A DNA stretch of 64,000 nt. It comes from an uncultured cyanobacterium (GTDB taxonomy: Bacteria; Cyanobacteriota; Cyanobacteriia; Cyanobacteriales; CAWCAG01). Position numbers and translations under genes: made by a program. The notes under the pieces are model-generated. The model saw only the letters and a list, made by a program, of their open reading frames with translations, did not search any database and had not been told where the DNA came from. Shown here piece after piece: positions 1 through 11,107 of this stretch; position 1 is the first letter of the stretch; each line of letters opens with the position of its first letter. The DNA lies in contig CAWDOD010000006.1 of the NCBI GenBank assembly GCA_963803805.1, forward strand, positions 1-64,000, written 5' to 3'.

Positions 1-78
1 ATATTGCTCTGAAGCTTTCTCTTCTGCTTGGATAAATGAAAAATCACAAAAATATCAGCTCTAACTGTTTCTACCAAG

Positions 79-1446
79 TTATTGCAAAGGTTTCAATAAT
101 AAATCTTGACGAACATCTGTAAGCTGCACGATGCCTTGAGTAATAGTTTCAGTTACTTTAGCATTACAGCTAGCCAAGAAATCTTCAGAAGCTATTTCGT
201 TTTGAAAAAATTTATTCATTAACTCAATATTGTCTTTGATGCTATCAAAACCGATAGATTTAACAATAAAAGTAGTTAAAGGAGAATCCTTAATATCGTA
301 AAAAGAATTGCTGATTCTACCTTCTTCTAACAAATTTAAAACCTCAAGTTCAATATCATCATTGCAAAGGTAGTTATTTTTTAGGATAGGCATAAAGTTA
401 GCTAAACGGCTAATATCTGCCCCTGCTCCTGGTAGCTCTCCTACCATTACAGCTAAGCTGATACCTTCACCAATACGTGAAGAAAGGGCTTCTATAATAG
501 CGATTGTAAAAAGTTTACTAGTTAAGTAAAGACGGGCAACTCTAACATTTCTTTTTGCGGTTTCTAGCAAAAGTTGATAATCTTGCTCTTTTGGTTCTTC
601 TTGAAATTGTCTAAATATACAGCTTGGTTCAATGTTATACATAGAATTAGCTGTTTTTTGCAAAGCGACTCGATATTCTTTTACTGTGTAAGAGTTGACA
701 TTTTTAAAACTAGGATGGGCTTCTGCTAATAAATTCCAAGTCTCATCTAAAAAAGTAGCAGAACGGGGACTAGCAAAACTCAGAATATCTCGGTTAGCTA
801 ACCTGACTGAACTTTTTACTGTTAAGGTAATTTCTTGTTCTGTCAAGCCCATTTTTAGCTTAGTGTTTGTAGACTGGAGAACCTCATAAAGTTTCTCGCT
901 AGGAGTTAAACCTTGAGAGGATTTACCACGAAAAGGAATAGTTGCTTCAATACAAGCAACAACTTGCAGTATTTGATTTGAAGTTAGGAAAGATTCAAGA
1001 ACTTTCCCTGCTACTAAAGCACTGAGAAATTCATTTTGCCCTTTGCGAGGAGAGAGAATTTCTCCAGGAGTATAGCCAAATATAGCGATGACGATCTCAA
1101 AAACAATATCGCGGGGTAATTGCTGGCGATCGCGAATAATTAAATTTGTTCGACCTTGCCTAATAAAAGGAGCAAGATAGTAAGTAAAATTAAAGTGGAA
1201 GCTGCGGTCTATTTGGACATAAACAATATCGTGGAATAGGGCGGCTAATACTTCAATGGGATTATCTTCTCCCCCTACCATAAAAATGTGTTCAGTATTA
1301 TGATAATATCTCCAAGAGCCTGTCATAGTTTGGACTATTAGCTCAGCAACCTTAGTAAGCTGAGTCAACTCAACTTCAACCTGAAGCTGTTCAGTAGCCC
1401 AGGTTAGCTTTTCTAAGCATTTTTGGTAATTTAATTCAAAGCTCAT
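79..1446 (-). CDS. Predicted metal-dependent HD-superfamily phosphohydrolase-like protein (paralogue 2)
   Basis: Motifs RYYHNTEH, ALFHDIVY, IEATIPF, LANRD; colinear with the 1562..2974 protein; ATG at 1446 follows the TTG used by the ORF track. Confidence 0.6.
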   Translation of the reverse strand: MSFELNYQKCLEKLTWATEQLQVEVELTQLTKVAELIVQTMTGSWRYYHNTEHIFMVGGEDNPIEVLAALFHDIVYVQIDRSFHFNFTYYLAPFIRQGRTNLIIRDRQQLPRDIVFEIVIAIFGYTPGEILSPRKGQNEFLSALVAGKVLESFLTSNQILQVVACIEATIPFRGKSSQGLTPSEKLYEVLQSTNTKLKMGLTEQEITLTVKSSVRLANRDILSFASPRSATFLDETWNLLAEAHPSFKNVNSYTVKEYRVALQKTANSMYNIEPSCIFRQFQEEPKEQDYQLLLETAKRNVRVARLYLTSKLFTIAIIEALSSRIGEGISLAVMVGELPGAGADISRLANFMPILKNNYLCNDDIELEVLNLLEEGRISNSFYDIKDSPLTTFIVKSIGFDSIKDNIELMNKFFQNEIASEDFLASCNAKVTETITQGIVQLTDVRQDLLLKPLQ

Positions 1447-1561
1447 CAAGTCTACCCTTTGAATTGCTTAAAAATGATTGTACTAATCAAATTAGATCCT
1501 AACTATATATAATCAAGTTGCCTTTGAAAGAGGTAGACGGAAAATAGCCAACAATTGTTGG

Positions 1562-2974
1562 CTATTGAGATAAAATTCTCGATTGAGATACAGAAGAGTT
1601 AATAGTCGTATTTTTGGGCATACAAAGTAGAGCCTTACGGGTATCAAGAAGCTGAAGAATCCCTTCTATAATAGTTTCGGTGACATTGGGGTTGCACCGG
1701 GAAAGAAAATCTTCCGAATTAACATTTCCTTGGAAAAATTCTTGCACAATATCCATCATCTGACGAATGCCATCAAAGCCAATAGATTTGACAGCAAAGG
1801 TTGCTAGGGGAGAGTTTTTGATATCATAGGAGGAACTTTTGATTCTTCCTACTTCTAGTAGATGCAGTACTTCTAGCTCGATGTCAGTTTTGGGAGGATA
1901 GGCATTAGGAATGTTGGGAATAAAGTTGACTAAGCGACAGCCTGAAAATCCAAAAGTAGGTAATTCCCCCACCATAATTGACAAAGCAATGCCCTGACCG
2001 ATTCGCAAAGAAAGTGCTTCAATAATCGCGATAGTAAAGAGTTTGCTGCCAAGATAGAGTTTAGCTATTTCAATATTACGCTTAGCCATATCAACCATAC
2101 GGTTATAGGTTTGCTCGTCAGGTTGTCCTTTAAACCTTTTAAAAACCACTTCCGGTTTTAAAAAGTTCATAAAACCTGCCATTTTTTGCAAGGCTACTCT
2201 ATATTGATTTGCGGTGTAAGAGTTGGCATTTTCTAGACTATGGTTTGTTTCTGGTAATAAACTCCAAGTGCAATCTAAAAAGCGGGCTGAGCTAGGATAC
2301 GCAAAACTACCCACATCCCGATTGGATAATTTTACAGAGCTTCTGACAGTCTCCATTAACTCTGCTTCGCTCATACCAATATCTAACTTTTCGTTAGTCT
2401 TTTGTAAGCGAAGATAAAGGCGATCGCTAGAAGTTAAACCTAATTCATCTCTAGATTGGAAAGGAATAGTTGCTTCAACACAAGCGATCATTTGAAGGAT
2501 TTGGCTTGGTTTCAAAAATGGTTCTAAAACCTTGGCCCCAACTAAAGCACTGAGAAATTCGTTTTCTCCTTGATAAGGAGAAAGGATTTGTCCAGGAGAG
2601 AAGCCAAATGTTGATACTACCATCTCAAAGATGAAGTCTTTTGATAGTTCACTTTCTGGCCTAATGGCGAGGCTATCCCTTGATTGTTTAACGAAAGGGG
2701 TGATGTAATAAGAAAGGTTGAAGTTAACGCTTTGGTCTACTTGAACGTAGACCACATCGTGAAATAATGCAGCTAGCACTTCAATGGGCTTTTCTCCACC
2801 ACCAACTTCAAAAATATGTTCAGTACTGTGGAAATAGCGCCAAGGGCCAGTCATTGTTTGAACTATTAGCTCAGCTATTCTAGAAAGCTGGGTTGGTTCG
2901 ATTTCAACCCTGAGTTCTTTGGTAGCCCAGATCAGCTTATCTATGCACTGTTTGTAATTTTGTTCAAAATTCAT
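1562..2974 (-). CDS. Predicted metal-dependent HD-superfamily phosphohydrolase-like protein (paralogue 1)
   Basis: Motifs RYFHSTEH, ALFHDVVY, VEATIPF, LSNRD; tandem paralogue of 79..1446. Confidence 0.6.
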   Translation of the reverse strand: MNFEQNYKQCIDKLIWATKELRVEIEPTQLSRIAELIVQTMTGPWRYFHSTEHIFEVGGGEKPIEVLAALFHDVVYVQVDQSVNFNLSYYITPFVKQSRDSLAIRPESELSKDFIFEMVVSTFGFSPGQILSPYQGENEFLSALVGAKVLEPFLKPSQILQMIACVEATIPFQSRDELGLTSSDRLYLRLQKTNEKLDIGMSEAELMETVRSSVKLSNRDVGSFAYPSSARFLDCTWSLLPETNHSLENANSYTANQYRVALQKMAGFMNFLKPEVVFKRFKGQPDEQTYNRMVDMAKRNIEIAKLYLGSKLFTIAIIEALSLRIGQGIALSIMVGELPTFGFSGCRLVNFIPNIPNAYPPKTDIELEVLHLLEVGRIKSSSYDIKNSPLATFAVKSIGFDGIRQMMDIVQEFFQGNVNSEDFLSRCNPNVTETIIEGILQLLDTRKALLCMPKNTTINSSVSQSRILSQ

Positions 2975-3318
2975 CAAGCCTACCCGCCTTCAATTACCTT
3001 CAATAGAAATATTTCACCTAGCTTAAATAGATATTTTAATGACCTGTAACCCAAATATTTCACTCTTTGTAAATAGGCCAAGGCTTCAGAATAGATATTT
3101 TCCTTAAATTATTAACCGTATCTTTGTTTATATTTGTGAGATTGTCAACTTATATATTTGGACTGAGGGAATCTTTTTTTTGTATGCTTAACAACATTTT
3201 TTGAGTTTATTAGGCTTAACTTACTTGCATACTAAGGTTTTAAGTTCTAGTCACTCTTCATATTATAGAGTCTTTCACTATTACTTTTCAGCTTTAGCTC
3301 ATATATCAGGTAAATTAT

Positions 3319-4581
3319 TCAATTCAATATTTCTACCACTAATTTAGCAATTTTTTGGGCTGCACCACTTTGACCTCTGATTTGGCTTAATTGTTCTCGC
3401 ACTTTGTTTAGTTGCTCAGGATTTTCTAACCAATCTAAGCAATACTTGCCTACATACTCAGGTTCGAGCTTTCCTACTAATTCTGGAACAATTTCTTTTT
3501 CTGCCCAAATATTAGGCCAGGCGTATAAGATTTTATGCTTTTGGAACCATTGCCAAACCAGCCAATTGATAGTTTTTGCAAATGCTGTTCCTAATATAGG
3601 TAAGTTGGCTAAAATCCCTGGTAAGCCATCCCAAGCACGCATTGCTTCTAACTGATTTGCCGGAAGAAGGACAATCATTGGTATACCTAAAGAAGCTAAT
3701 TCTGCTGTATTTGCTCCTACGGTAGTTAGGCAGAGGCAACAGTTCGATAACTGTTCGTGGGCAGGAAATTGAGTGATTAAGTCTATTTTTACGCCACCAG
3801 AGGTTAGTAAAAAGGGGGTCTGACCAACTTCATCTGGTCTGATTAATTCTGCGGTTACATGACCAACTTTTTTGATGACAGGGTTGTAATCGAGGTTGGC
3901 ATATTTAGCTAAACTGCTTAAATCAAGGGTAGGGGCAACAGGAATTATGAAGCGAGTTTGAGGACGTTGAGAGTTTATATATTCGGCTATGGCTAGGGCG
4001 AAGGGGACTCCTTGGGCAAGTTTGGCGGACTTTGAGCCTGGTAATAAACCAATTAATTCCGTTTCTGTTTCTAGGTTATTTTGCCTTTCAACATCAGCCA
4101 TTAAATCCCCTACGACTTGACATTTATGACTGTAGTGGGAAGGTATATTAGCCATGACTTGTGGTTTCATGGCCACAAAGTAGTCAACCCAACGATACCA
4201 ACGAGCTTCCCATTCTGCATAGATAATGGTTTGATAACCAAGACGTTTGCCAATCACTACAGGGAAAAATTGGTCGCCTCCTAAGAACAAAACTACACCG
4301 CGATCGCACCATTGCCAGTTTTGTTTGGTTTTCCCCCATAATAAAAAAGCCCAGAAATCTTCTGCCCCTTGTACTCTATCTACTTCTGGGTAGCTACCGG
4401 CGATCGCCGCTTCTTTTCCCGTACCATTGGGGCAAGGGGATAAAATTACTGAAATCCTTATTCCCTGGGTTGGGAATCTTTGTCTTAGGGCTTCTACTAC
4501 AGGTCTTACCCAAGTTGATACTTCCCCAGGGCCATTGGAGAGGAGCAAAATATCTCTAGTTGCTGAAGCTGAATTTACCAT
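3319..4581 (-). CDS. Lipid-A-disaccharide synthase-related (LpxB-like) GT-B protein
   Basis: SNGPGE N-terminal motif, VVGDLMAD, IGLLPGSK, TTVGANTAEL, WPNIWA; cyanobacterial LpxB-like family. Confidence 0.75.
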   Translation of the reverse strand: MVNSASATRDILLLSNGPGEVSTWVRPVVEALRQRFPTQGIRISVILSPCPNGTGKEAAIAGSYPEVDRVQGAEDFWAFLLWGKTKQNWQWCDRGVVLFLGGDQFFPVVIGKRLGYQTIIYAEWEARWYRWVDYFVAMKPQVMANIPSHYSHKCQVVGDLMADVERQNNLETETELIGLLPGSKSAKLAQGVPFALAIAEYINSQRPQTRFIIPVAPTLDLSSLAKYANLDYNPVIKKVGHVTAELIRPDEVGQTPFLLTSGGVKIDLITQFPAHEQLSNCCLCLTTVGANTAELASLGIPMIVLLPANQLEAMRAWDGLPGILANLPILGTAFAKTINWLVWQWFQKHKILYAWPNIWAEKEIVPELVGKLEPEYVGKYCLDWLENPEQLNKVREQLSQIRGQSGAAQKIAKLVVEILN

Positions 4582-4947
4582 AAACAAAATCTTCGTTTTG
4601 TCAATAGTTTATTGATATATTTTTATTAAAAAATACTTGAGTAAATACTATCGTTATTTGTAAATAAATATAAACTTATTTTTATCGAATTGTATCAAAT
4701 GCCAGGGAAAAGCAACATATAGTGGGCTTTTTCTGATACAAACTTCCTATACCCCTAATTGGTTGAAAGATAAGTATTTAAGTTGAATTGGAAAAAATTT
4801 ATTGACTAGAGATAGCAATAAAATTTTCAAGATTAGCAATAAATTCTTATCTGTAATGTAAAATTTTTTCTACATTATTCTTTCCTCAAGGCTATTGCCT
4901 CATCTTCTTTAGAAAACTGCTGATCATTTTTAAGGAGCCTAAGCTGA

Positions 4948-7900
4948 ATGTTCACTAACGTCAAGTCCACCATTCGACACATAGCCCCAGAAGCGATTAA
5001 TGGGCGCTGTTTGGTAAAAGTGGTCTATGTCGTCCTAGAGCCTCAGTATCAAAGTACCATTTCTCAAGCTGTTCGCTCCATCAACAAAAATAACCCCAAA
5101 GTTGCTATAGAAATTAGTGGCTACTTGATTGAAGAGCTACGTAGCCAGGAAAACTACGCAGAATTTCAAAGAGATATTGCCGAAGCGAATATTTTTATTG
5201 GCTCATTAATTTTTATCGAAGATTTAGCCGAGAAAGTAATTACGGCGGTACAACCCCATCGGGATCGCTTAGATGCAGCTATCGTTTTTCCTTCTATGCC
5301 CCAGGTAATGCGCCTTAATAAATTGGGTAGCTTTTCTATGGCTCAATTAGGGCAGAGTAAAAGCGCGATCGCTCAGTTTATGCGTAAGCGAAAAGAGAAG
5401 TCTGGTGCTTCTTTCCAAGATGGGATGTTGAAGATGCTGCGGACTTTGCCCAAGGTACTTAAGTATATGCCTATGGACAAGGCTCAGGATGCCCGTAACT
5501 TTATGTTGAGTTTCCAGTATTGGTTGGGAGGTTCAGCAGATAATTTAGAGAACTTCTTGCTGATGCTAGCGGATAAATACGTCTTAAACGAAGATGAGCA
5601 AAACCAATTAGTTACCTACAATGATCCCGTTGTTTATCCTGACATGGGTATTTGGCATCCCCTCAGCAGCAAAATGTTTGAGGATGTGCAGGAATATTTG
5701 CACTGGTATGATAGCCGCACAGAAATACCCCAAAATCTCAAAGATCCTCTTGCTCCTTGTATTGGTTTAGTTTTGCAAAGAACTCACCTGGTTACTGGGG
5801 ATGATGCCCATTATGTAGCCATGGTGCAGGAATTGGAGGCTATGGGAGCGAGGGTGATTCCGGTATTTGCTGGGGGTTTAGACTTTTCTAAACCAGTAGA
5901 AGCTTACTTCTGGAGTGGTAGGAAAGCTAATAACCGTCCTTTGATAGATGTGGTGGTTTCCTTAACAGGATTTGCTTTGGTAGGGGGACCAGCAAGACAG
6001 GATCATCCTAAAGCTATTGATGCGCTGAAAAAGTTGAACCGTCCCTACATGGTGGCTTTACCTTTAGTTTTCCAAACTACCGAAGAATGGGAAAAGAGTG
6101 AGTTAGGTTTACATCCAGTACAAGTAGCGCTGCAAATTGCGATTCCTGAACTTGATGGGGCTATTGAACCGATTATTCTCTCTGGTAGAGATGCGGTGAC
6201 AGGAAAGGCCATTACCTTACAAGATCGCATCGAAGCGATCGCCCAAAGAGCTTTGAAATGGGCAAACTTACGTTGTAAGCCGAAGTTAGATAAAAAAGTT
6301 GCCATTACCGTCTTTAGTTTCCCACCAGATAAAGGCAATGTAGGAACCGCCGCTTATTTGGATGTGTTTGGTTCTATTTACGAAGTCATGAAAGCTTTAC
6401 AGCAAAATGGCTATGACTTGAAAGATGTACCAGAATCTGCTGAAGAGTTGATGCAAGAGGTAATTCATGATGCCCAGGCGCAATATAATAGCCCGGAATT
6501 AAATATTGCTTACCGGATGTCTGTTCCTCAATACGAACGCTTAACCCCTTATTACCAAAGGTTAGAGGAGAATTGGGCCCTGCACCAGGAAATCTTAATA
6601 GTGATGGCCAGAACTTATTGATTTACGGCAAACAATTTGGTAACGTTTTCATTGGGGTACAGCCTACCTTTGGTTATGAAGGTGATCCCATGCGTCTGTT
6701 GTTTTCTCGTTCTGCTTCTCCTCACCACGGTTTTGCTGCTTACTACACCTACTTAGAACAGATTTGGCAAGCAGATGCAGTGTTACATTTCGGTACTCAC
6801 GGTTCCTTGGAATTCATGCCAGGGAAGCAAATGGGAATGTCTGGGGAATGTTATCCCGACAACTTAATTGGTTCGATCCCCAACATTTATTACTACGCAG
6901 CTAATAATCCTTCTGAAGCCACCATTGCCAAGCGACGTAGTTATGCTGAAACAATTTCTTACCTTACACCCCCAGCGGAGAATGCCGGGTTGTATAAAGG
7001 GTTAAAGGAACTTGGTGATTTAATTGGTTCCTACCAAACCCTTAAAGATACTGGCCGTGGTGTTCCTATTGTTAATACCATTGTTGATAAGTGTCGGTTG
7101 GTGAATCTAGATCAAGACATTGATTTACCCGAAGTCGATGCAAAGGATTTAAGTAGTGAGGAGAGGGATACCATTATTGGCAACGTTTACCGCCGCTTAA
7201 TGGAAATTGAATCTCGGTTGCTACCTTGTGGTTTACACGTGGTTGGTAAACCTCCTAGTGCCGAAGAAGCGATCGCCACTTTGGTTAACATTGCTAGCTT
7301 AGATCGTGAGGAAGAAAAAATTGTTGGTTTACCTCGGATTATTGCCCAGAGTATTAATCGCGATTTAGATGAAATTTATCGCCGCAATGACCAAGGGATT
7401 TTAGAAGATGTAGAGTTATTGCAAAAAATCACCTTAGCTACTCGCGCGGCGGTGACAGCTTTGGTACAAACCCAAATAGATGCTGAAGGAAGGGTTTCTC
7501 AGGTAGCAAAACTCAACTTCTTTAACATGGGTAAAAAAGAACCTTGGTTAGAAGCACTGCAAGAAAAAGGTTTCAGCAATATTAAATCAGAGGAAGTCAA
7601 ATCTTTATTTGAATATTTGGAGTTTTGCTTAGAACAGGTTTGTGCTGATAATGAATTAGGTGGTTTACTTAAAGCCTTAGCTGGGGAATATGTTTTACCT
7701 GGTCCCGGAGGCGATCCTATCCGTAACCCCGATGTCTTACCCACAGGTAAAAATATCCACGCCCTCGATCCTCAATCCATCCCCACTATGGCCGCAGTAC
7801 AATCAGCCAAGGTGGTGGTAGACCGCTTGTTAGCAAGGCAAAAGGCAGATAATGAGGGTCAGTGGCCCGAAACCATCGCCTGCGTCCTCTGGGGTACAGA

Positions 7901-8933
7901 TAACATCAAAACCTACGGCGAATCCTTGGCACAGATTATGTGGATGATTGGGGTGACACCTGTCCCTGATGCTTTGGGCAGGGTAAATAAGTTGGAATTA
8001 ATCCCCCTAGAAGAATTAGGTCGTCCCCGTATTGATGTGGTAATTAATTGTTCAGGAGTATTCCGGGATCTGTTTATTAACCAAATGAACCTTTTAGACC
8101 AAGGGGTGAAAATGGCAGCCGAAGCCGATGAACCCCTGGAAATGAACTTTGTTCGCAAACACGCCACCGAACAAGCCAAGGAAATGGGCATCAACCTCCG
8201 TCAAGCTGCTACCCGCGTCTTCTCCAACGCTTCGGGTTCCTATTCTTCCAATATTAACCTGGCGGTGGAAAATAGCACCTGGGAGGAAGAGAAGGAATTA
8301 CAGGAGATGTATGTGAAGCGCAAATCCTTCTCTTTTAATTCTGATAATCCTGGGGTTATGGATGATAACCGTGCCATTTTTGAAACGGCTTTGAAAACGG
8401 CAGATGTTACTTTCCAAAATCTGGATTCTTCGGAAATTAGCTTAACGGATGTTTCCCATTACTTTGACTCTGATCCTACCAAGGTAGTAGCCAGTTTACG
8501 TAAAGATGGTAAAGCCCCCAAAGCTTATATCGCCGATACCACAACTGCTAACGCCCAAGTCCGCACCTTATCAGAAACTGTCCGTTTAGATGCCCGTACC
8601 AAACTCCTCAACCCGAAATGGTATGAAGGGATGTTAAACCACGGTTATGAAGGTGTTAGGGAGTTATCTAAGCGTTTGGTGAATACCATGGGTTGGTCAG
8701 CTACTGCCGATGCGGTAGATAATTGGGTTTATGAAGATGTGAATACTACCTTTATTGAAGATGAGGAGATGTGTAAACGTCTGATGAACCTTAATCCTAA
8801 TTCTTTCCGTAAGGTGGTTTCTACTTTATTGGAAGTTAACGGACGAGGTTATTGGGAAACCAGCGAGTCTAATTTAGATCGCTTGCGGGAGTTATATCAA
8901 GAGGTGGAAGATAGGATTGAAGGGATTGATTAA
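4948..8933 (+). CDS. chlH: Magnesium chelatase subunit H, split by a 1-nt frameshift near 6575
   Basis: [59 protein letters not shown]; ORFs 4948..6621 and 6573..8933 join as ENWGPAPG if one G is added to TGGGCCC at 6574-6580. Confidence 0.95.
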
Positions 8934-8955
8934 TCCTGAGTAAATATTATTTTCC

Positions 8956-8985
8956 TAGGGGCGTTTTGAGAAACGTCCCTATTTT
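8956..8985 (+). terminator. Hairpin (REP-like) plus T run downstream of chlH
   Basis: TAGGGGCGTTT-TGAG-AAACGTCCCTA followed by TTTT. Confidence 0.6.
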
Positions 8986-9034
8986 GGGAATATCTCAGTT
9001 TTACGAAAATACCGAAATTAGGAAACATGATCAC

Positions 9035-9177
9035 GTAGGGGCGACCCGTCTCCTTTATTTTAGCCACTGACAAACCAAACTAATTGGGTCGCCCTTGACA
9101 GGGATTAAATGTAGGGCAGGCGACCCGGCGTAATCAGTTTTCAACTCGCCAAGTTAATGAAAACGGGTCGCCTCTAC
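9035..9177. repeat. Two tandem long-loop GTAG REP-like inverted repeats
   Basis: GTAGGGGCGACCCG(9035)...TTGGGTCGCCC(9094) and GTAGGGCAGGCGACCCG(9111)...CGGGTCGCCTCTAC(9177); same arms at 42297 and 44017. Confidence 0.7.
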
Positions 9178-9534
9178 GGATAATTTTGCTTTTAAAGATT
9201 CTTCTGCAAGAAGAGTTAATTAAGCCAATTACTTCAATTTGAGCTTTGACTTCTTAATAGACAAGACAGTTTATGCTGATGAATTAGAACAGGATTTTAT
9301 TATGATAAGCTAATCTAAACTTCACAAGTCAGCATTACTATAGCTACCCCCACTACAATATCTACATTTTGCTCATGATCGTAGATTTGGGCTAGGGTAG
9401 GACGGGTAGCAAGATTACGATGTTGCTTATATTAAGAGTTAGTTAATACTAGAAGCGATCGCAACTAATCATAATTAAGGGTAACTCTTCGTAGGAAACA
9501 TAGTCTTATATAATTACTTAGTAATTGCTGATTA

Positions 9535-10169
9535 CTATCCTTCATTATTATCTCCGCACCAAGTAAAAATAATCCGTTCTTCTGCTTGTCTAAACTCTAT
9601 ATTAAACTTATCGAAAACAACTTCTCTACCCAGAAGTAATTGCTCTCCCCCTGTTGTTTGTTGTAACCAAGCCACAGGAGCAATAAAACCATGATTATCT
9701 ATAACCATTTCTACATCTCGCATAACATATTCAACAGTTCCACCAATAGTTTCTGCTAGTAATTTAGATTCAGAATCTGCTAGAGCATAACCTAGCTCTT
9801 GACCCATTTTATGAGAAATTAAACTCATTTCTGCACCAGAATCTACAAGCATGAGGGTATCAATTTCTCTGTTCCTATGCCTCAATCTTACTGGATAATC
9901 TGGTAGCCAATCATGGCGAGTAACACTACGAAATCGGATGGGATGAATGACAATTGAAGCAGTTTTTAAGGGTACTAAATAGATAACAAACTTCTTTTGT
10001 GATGCTTTAGCCAAATTTAAAACTTCTTCCAAGTGTTCGCTATGAGCAATTAATCCTTTGGGGTTAAAGGCAACATATTGATTGCGATAACTATCTAGCA
10101 ACATCTGATGATTGCTGTTTAACCATTTCAATAGTTCATAGTTGTACTGATTGGGGATATACTATTCAT
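9535..10169 (-). CDS. Small N-terminal (DUF5678-like) domain fused to a retropepsin-like aspartyl protease
   Basis: LVDSGA catalytic motif and LLLGR; N-terminal YRNQYVA...LIAHS pattern. The track starts at TTG 10131; ATG 10169 gives MNSISPNQYNYELLKW if one base is added to the G4 run at 10153-10156. Confidence 0.65.
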
Positions 10170-10170
10170 A

Positions 10171-10539
10171 ATAAGAGTAGAAATTGTTTCTGAAGATGAA
10201 GGAATTATTATTAAAGGCCAGATAGATGTATTGGTTATATCCCCTCAACTTTGGGTATTAGTAATTGAATCTAAACAAGCCGCATTTTCCCTGAAGGTGG
10301 GTATTCCTCAACTACTAGCTTATATGCTTAGTAACCCTAATCCTACTCAACCAACTTTCGGCTTACTTATTAATGGTAGCAGTTGTCGATTTGTTAAGTT
10401 AGCCAGAGGAGAAGCTTCAGAGTATGGGCTTTCTAAGGGTTTTGATTTATTTAATCCTGGTAATGATTTGTACGAAGTTTTAAGAATTTTACGCTCTCTA
10501 AATCAGTTGTTAGTTGGGGAGAAGATTCCACTGAATTAA
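10171..10539 (+). pseudogene. 5'-truncated type I restriction enzyme HsdR N-terminal-like (PD-(D/E)xK) gene remnant
   Basis: VEIVSEDEGIIIKGQIDVLV...WVLVIESKQ...GIPQLLAYML...FGLLING; no upstream ATG and only the C-terminal half of this ~200-aa cyanobacterial family is present. Confidence 0.6.
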
Positions 10540-11072
10540 GATAACAATTCAGCTTCTTTGATTCTTTTTCCTTCCTTGTCTTTAGTTGATAAAATAGGTG
10601 AAGAAGAAATAGGCCAATTAATAGCTAAGTCTGGATCATTCCAAAGTAAAGTTCGTTCGTGTTGAGGTGCGTAGTAGTCAGTAGTTTTATAGAGTACTTC
10701 TGCTATGTTAGAAAGTACGAGAAAGCCGTGGGCAAAACCTGGGGGTATCCAAAGTTGGTGTTTATTTTCGGCACTAAGATTATAACCTACCCATTGACCG
10801 AAAGTAGGAGAAGAAGAGCGCATATCTACAGCAACATCAAAGATTGAACCAACTACAGCACGGACTAATTTGCCTTGAGGTTGTTGAATTTGGTAATGTA
10901 GCCCTCGAAGTACGTTTTGTTGGGAACAAGAATGGTTATCTTGGACAAAAACAGGCGATATACCGTACTCTTCTTGGAGAGTCTTGTAGTTATAGGACTC
11001 ATAGAAAAATCCCCTTTGATCTTCAAAAACTTTTGGTTCAATTAGCTTGACATCTGGTATTTTTGTAGCCAT
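10536..11072 (-). CDS. rfbC: dTDP-4-dehydrorhamnose 3,5-epimerase
   Basis: FEDQRGFFYES, VQDNHS, VLRGLHYQ, GFAHGF. Confidence 0.95.
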   Translation of the reverse strand: MATKIPDVKLIEPKVFEDQRGFFYESYNYKTLQEEYGISPVFVQDNHSCSQQNVLRGLHYQIQQPQGKLVRAVVGSIFDVAVDMRSSSPTFGQWVGYNLSAENKHQLWIPPGFAHGFLVLSNIAEVLYKTTDYYAPQHERTLLWNDPDLAINWPISSSPILSTKDKEGKRIKEAELLS

Positions 11073-11107
11073 AGTTATTATAATAATAATCTCATAATTG
11101 AATATTT

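Noticed and set aside
6571-6621. chlH, opcA, ctaD, ctaE and chorismate lyase as true pseudogenes, split genes or programmed frameshifts
   Set aside because: One indel each, in both directions, with no other decay, no canonical slippery heptamer and a shared GGCC context; sequencing artefact is more parsimonious, though not proven
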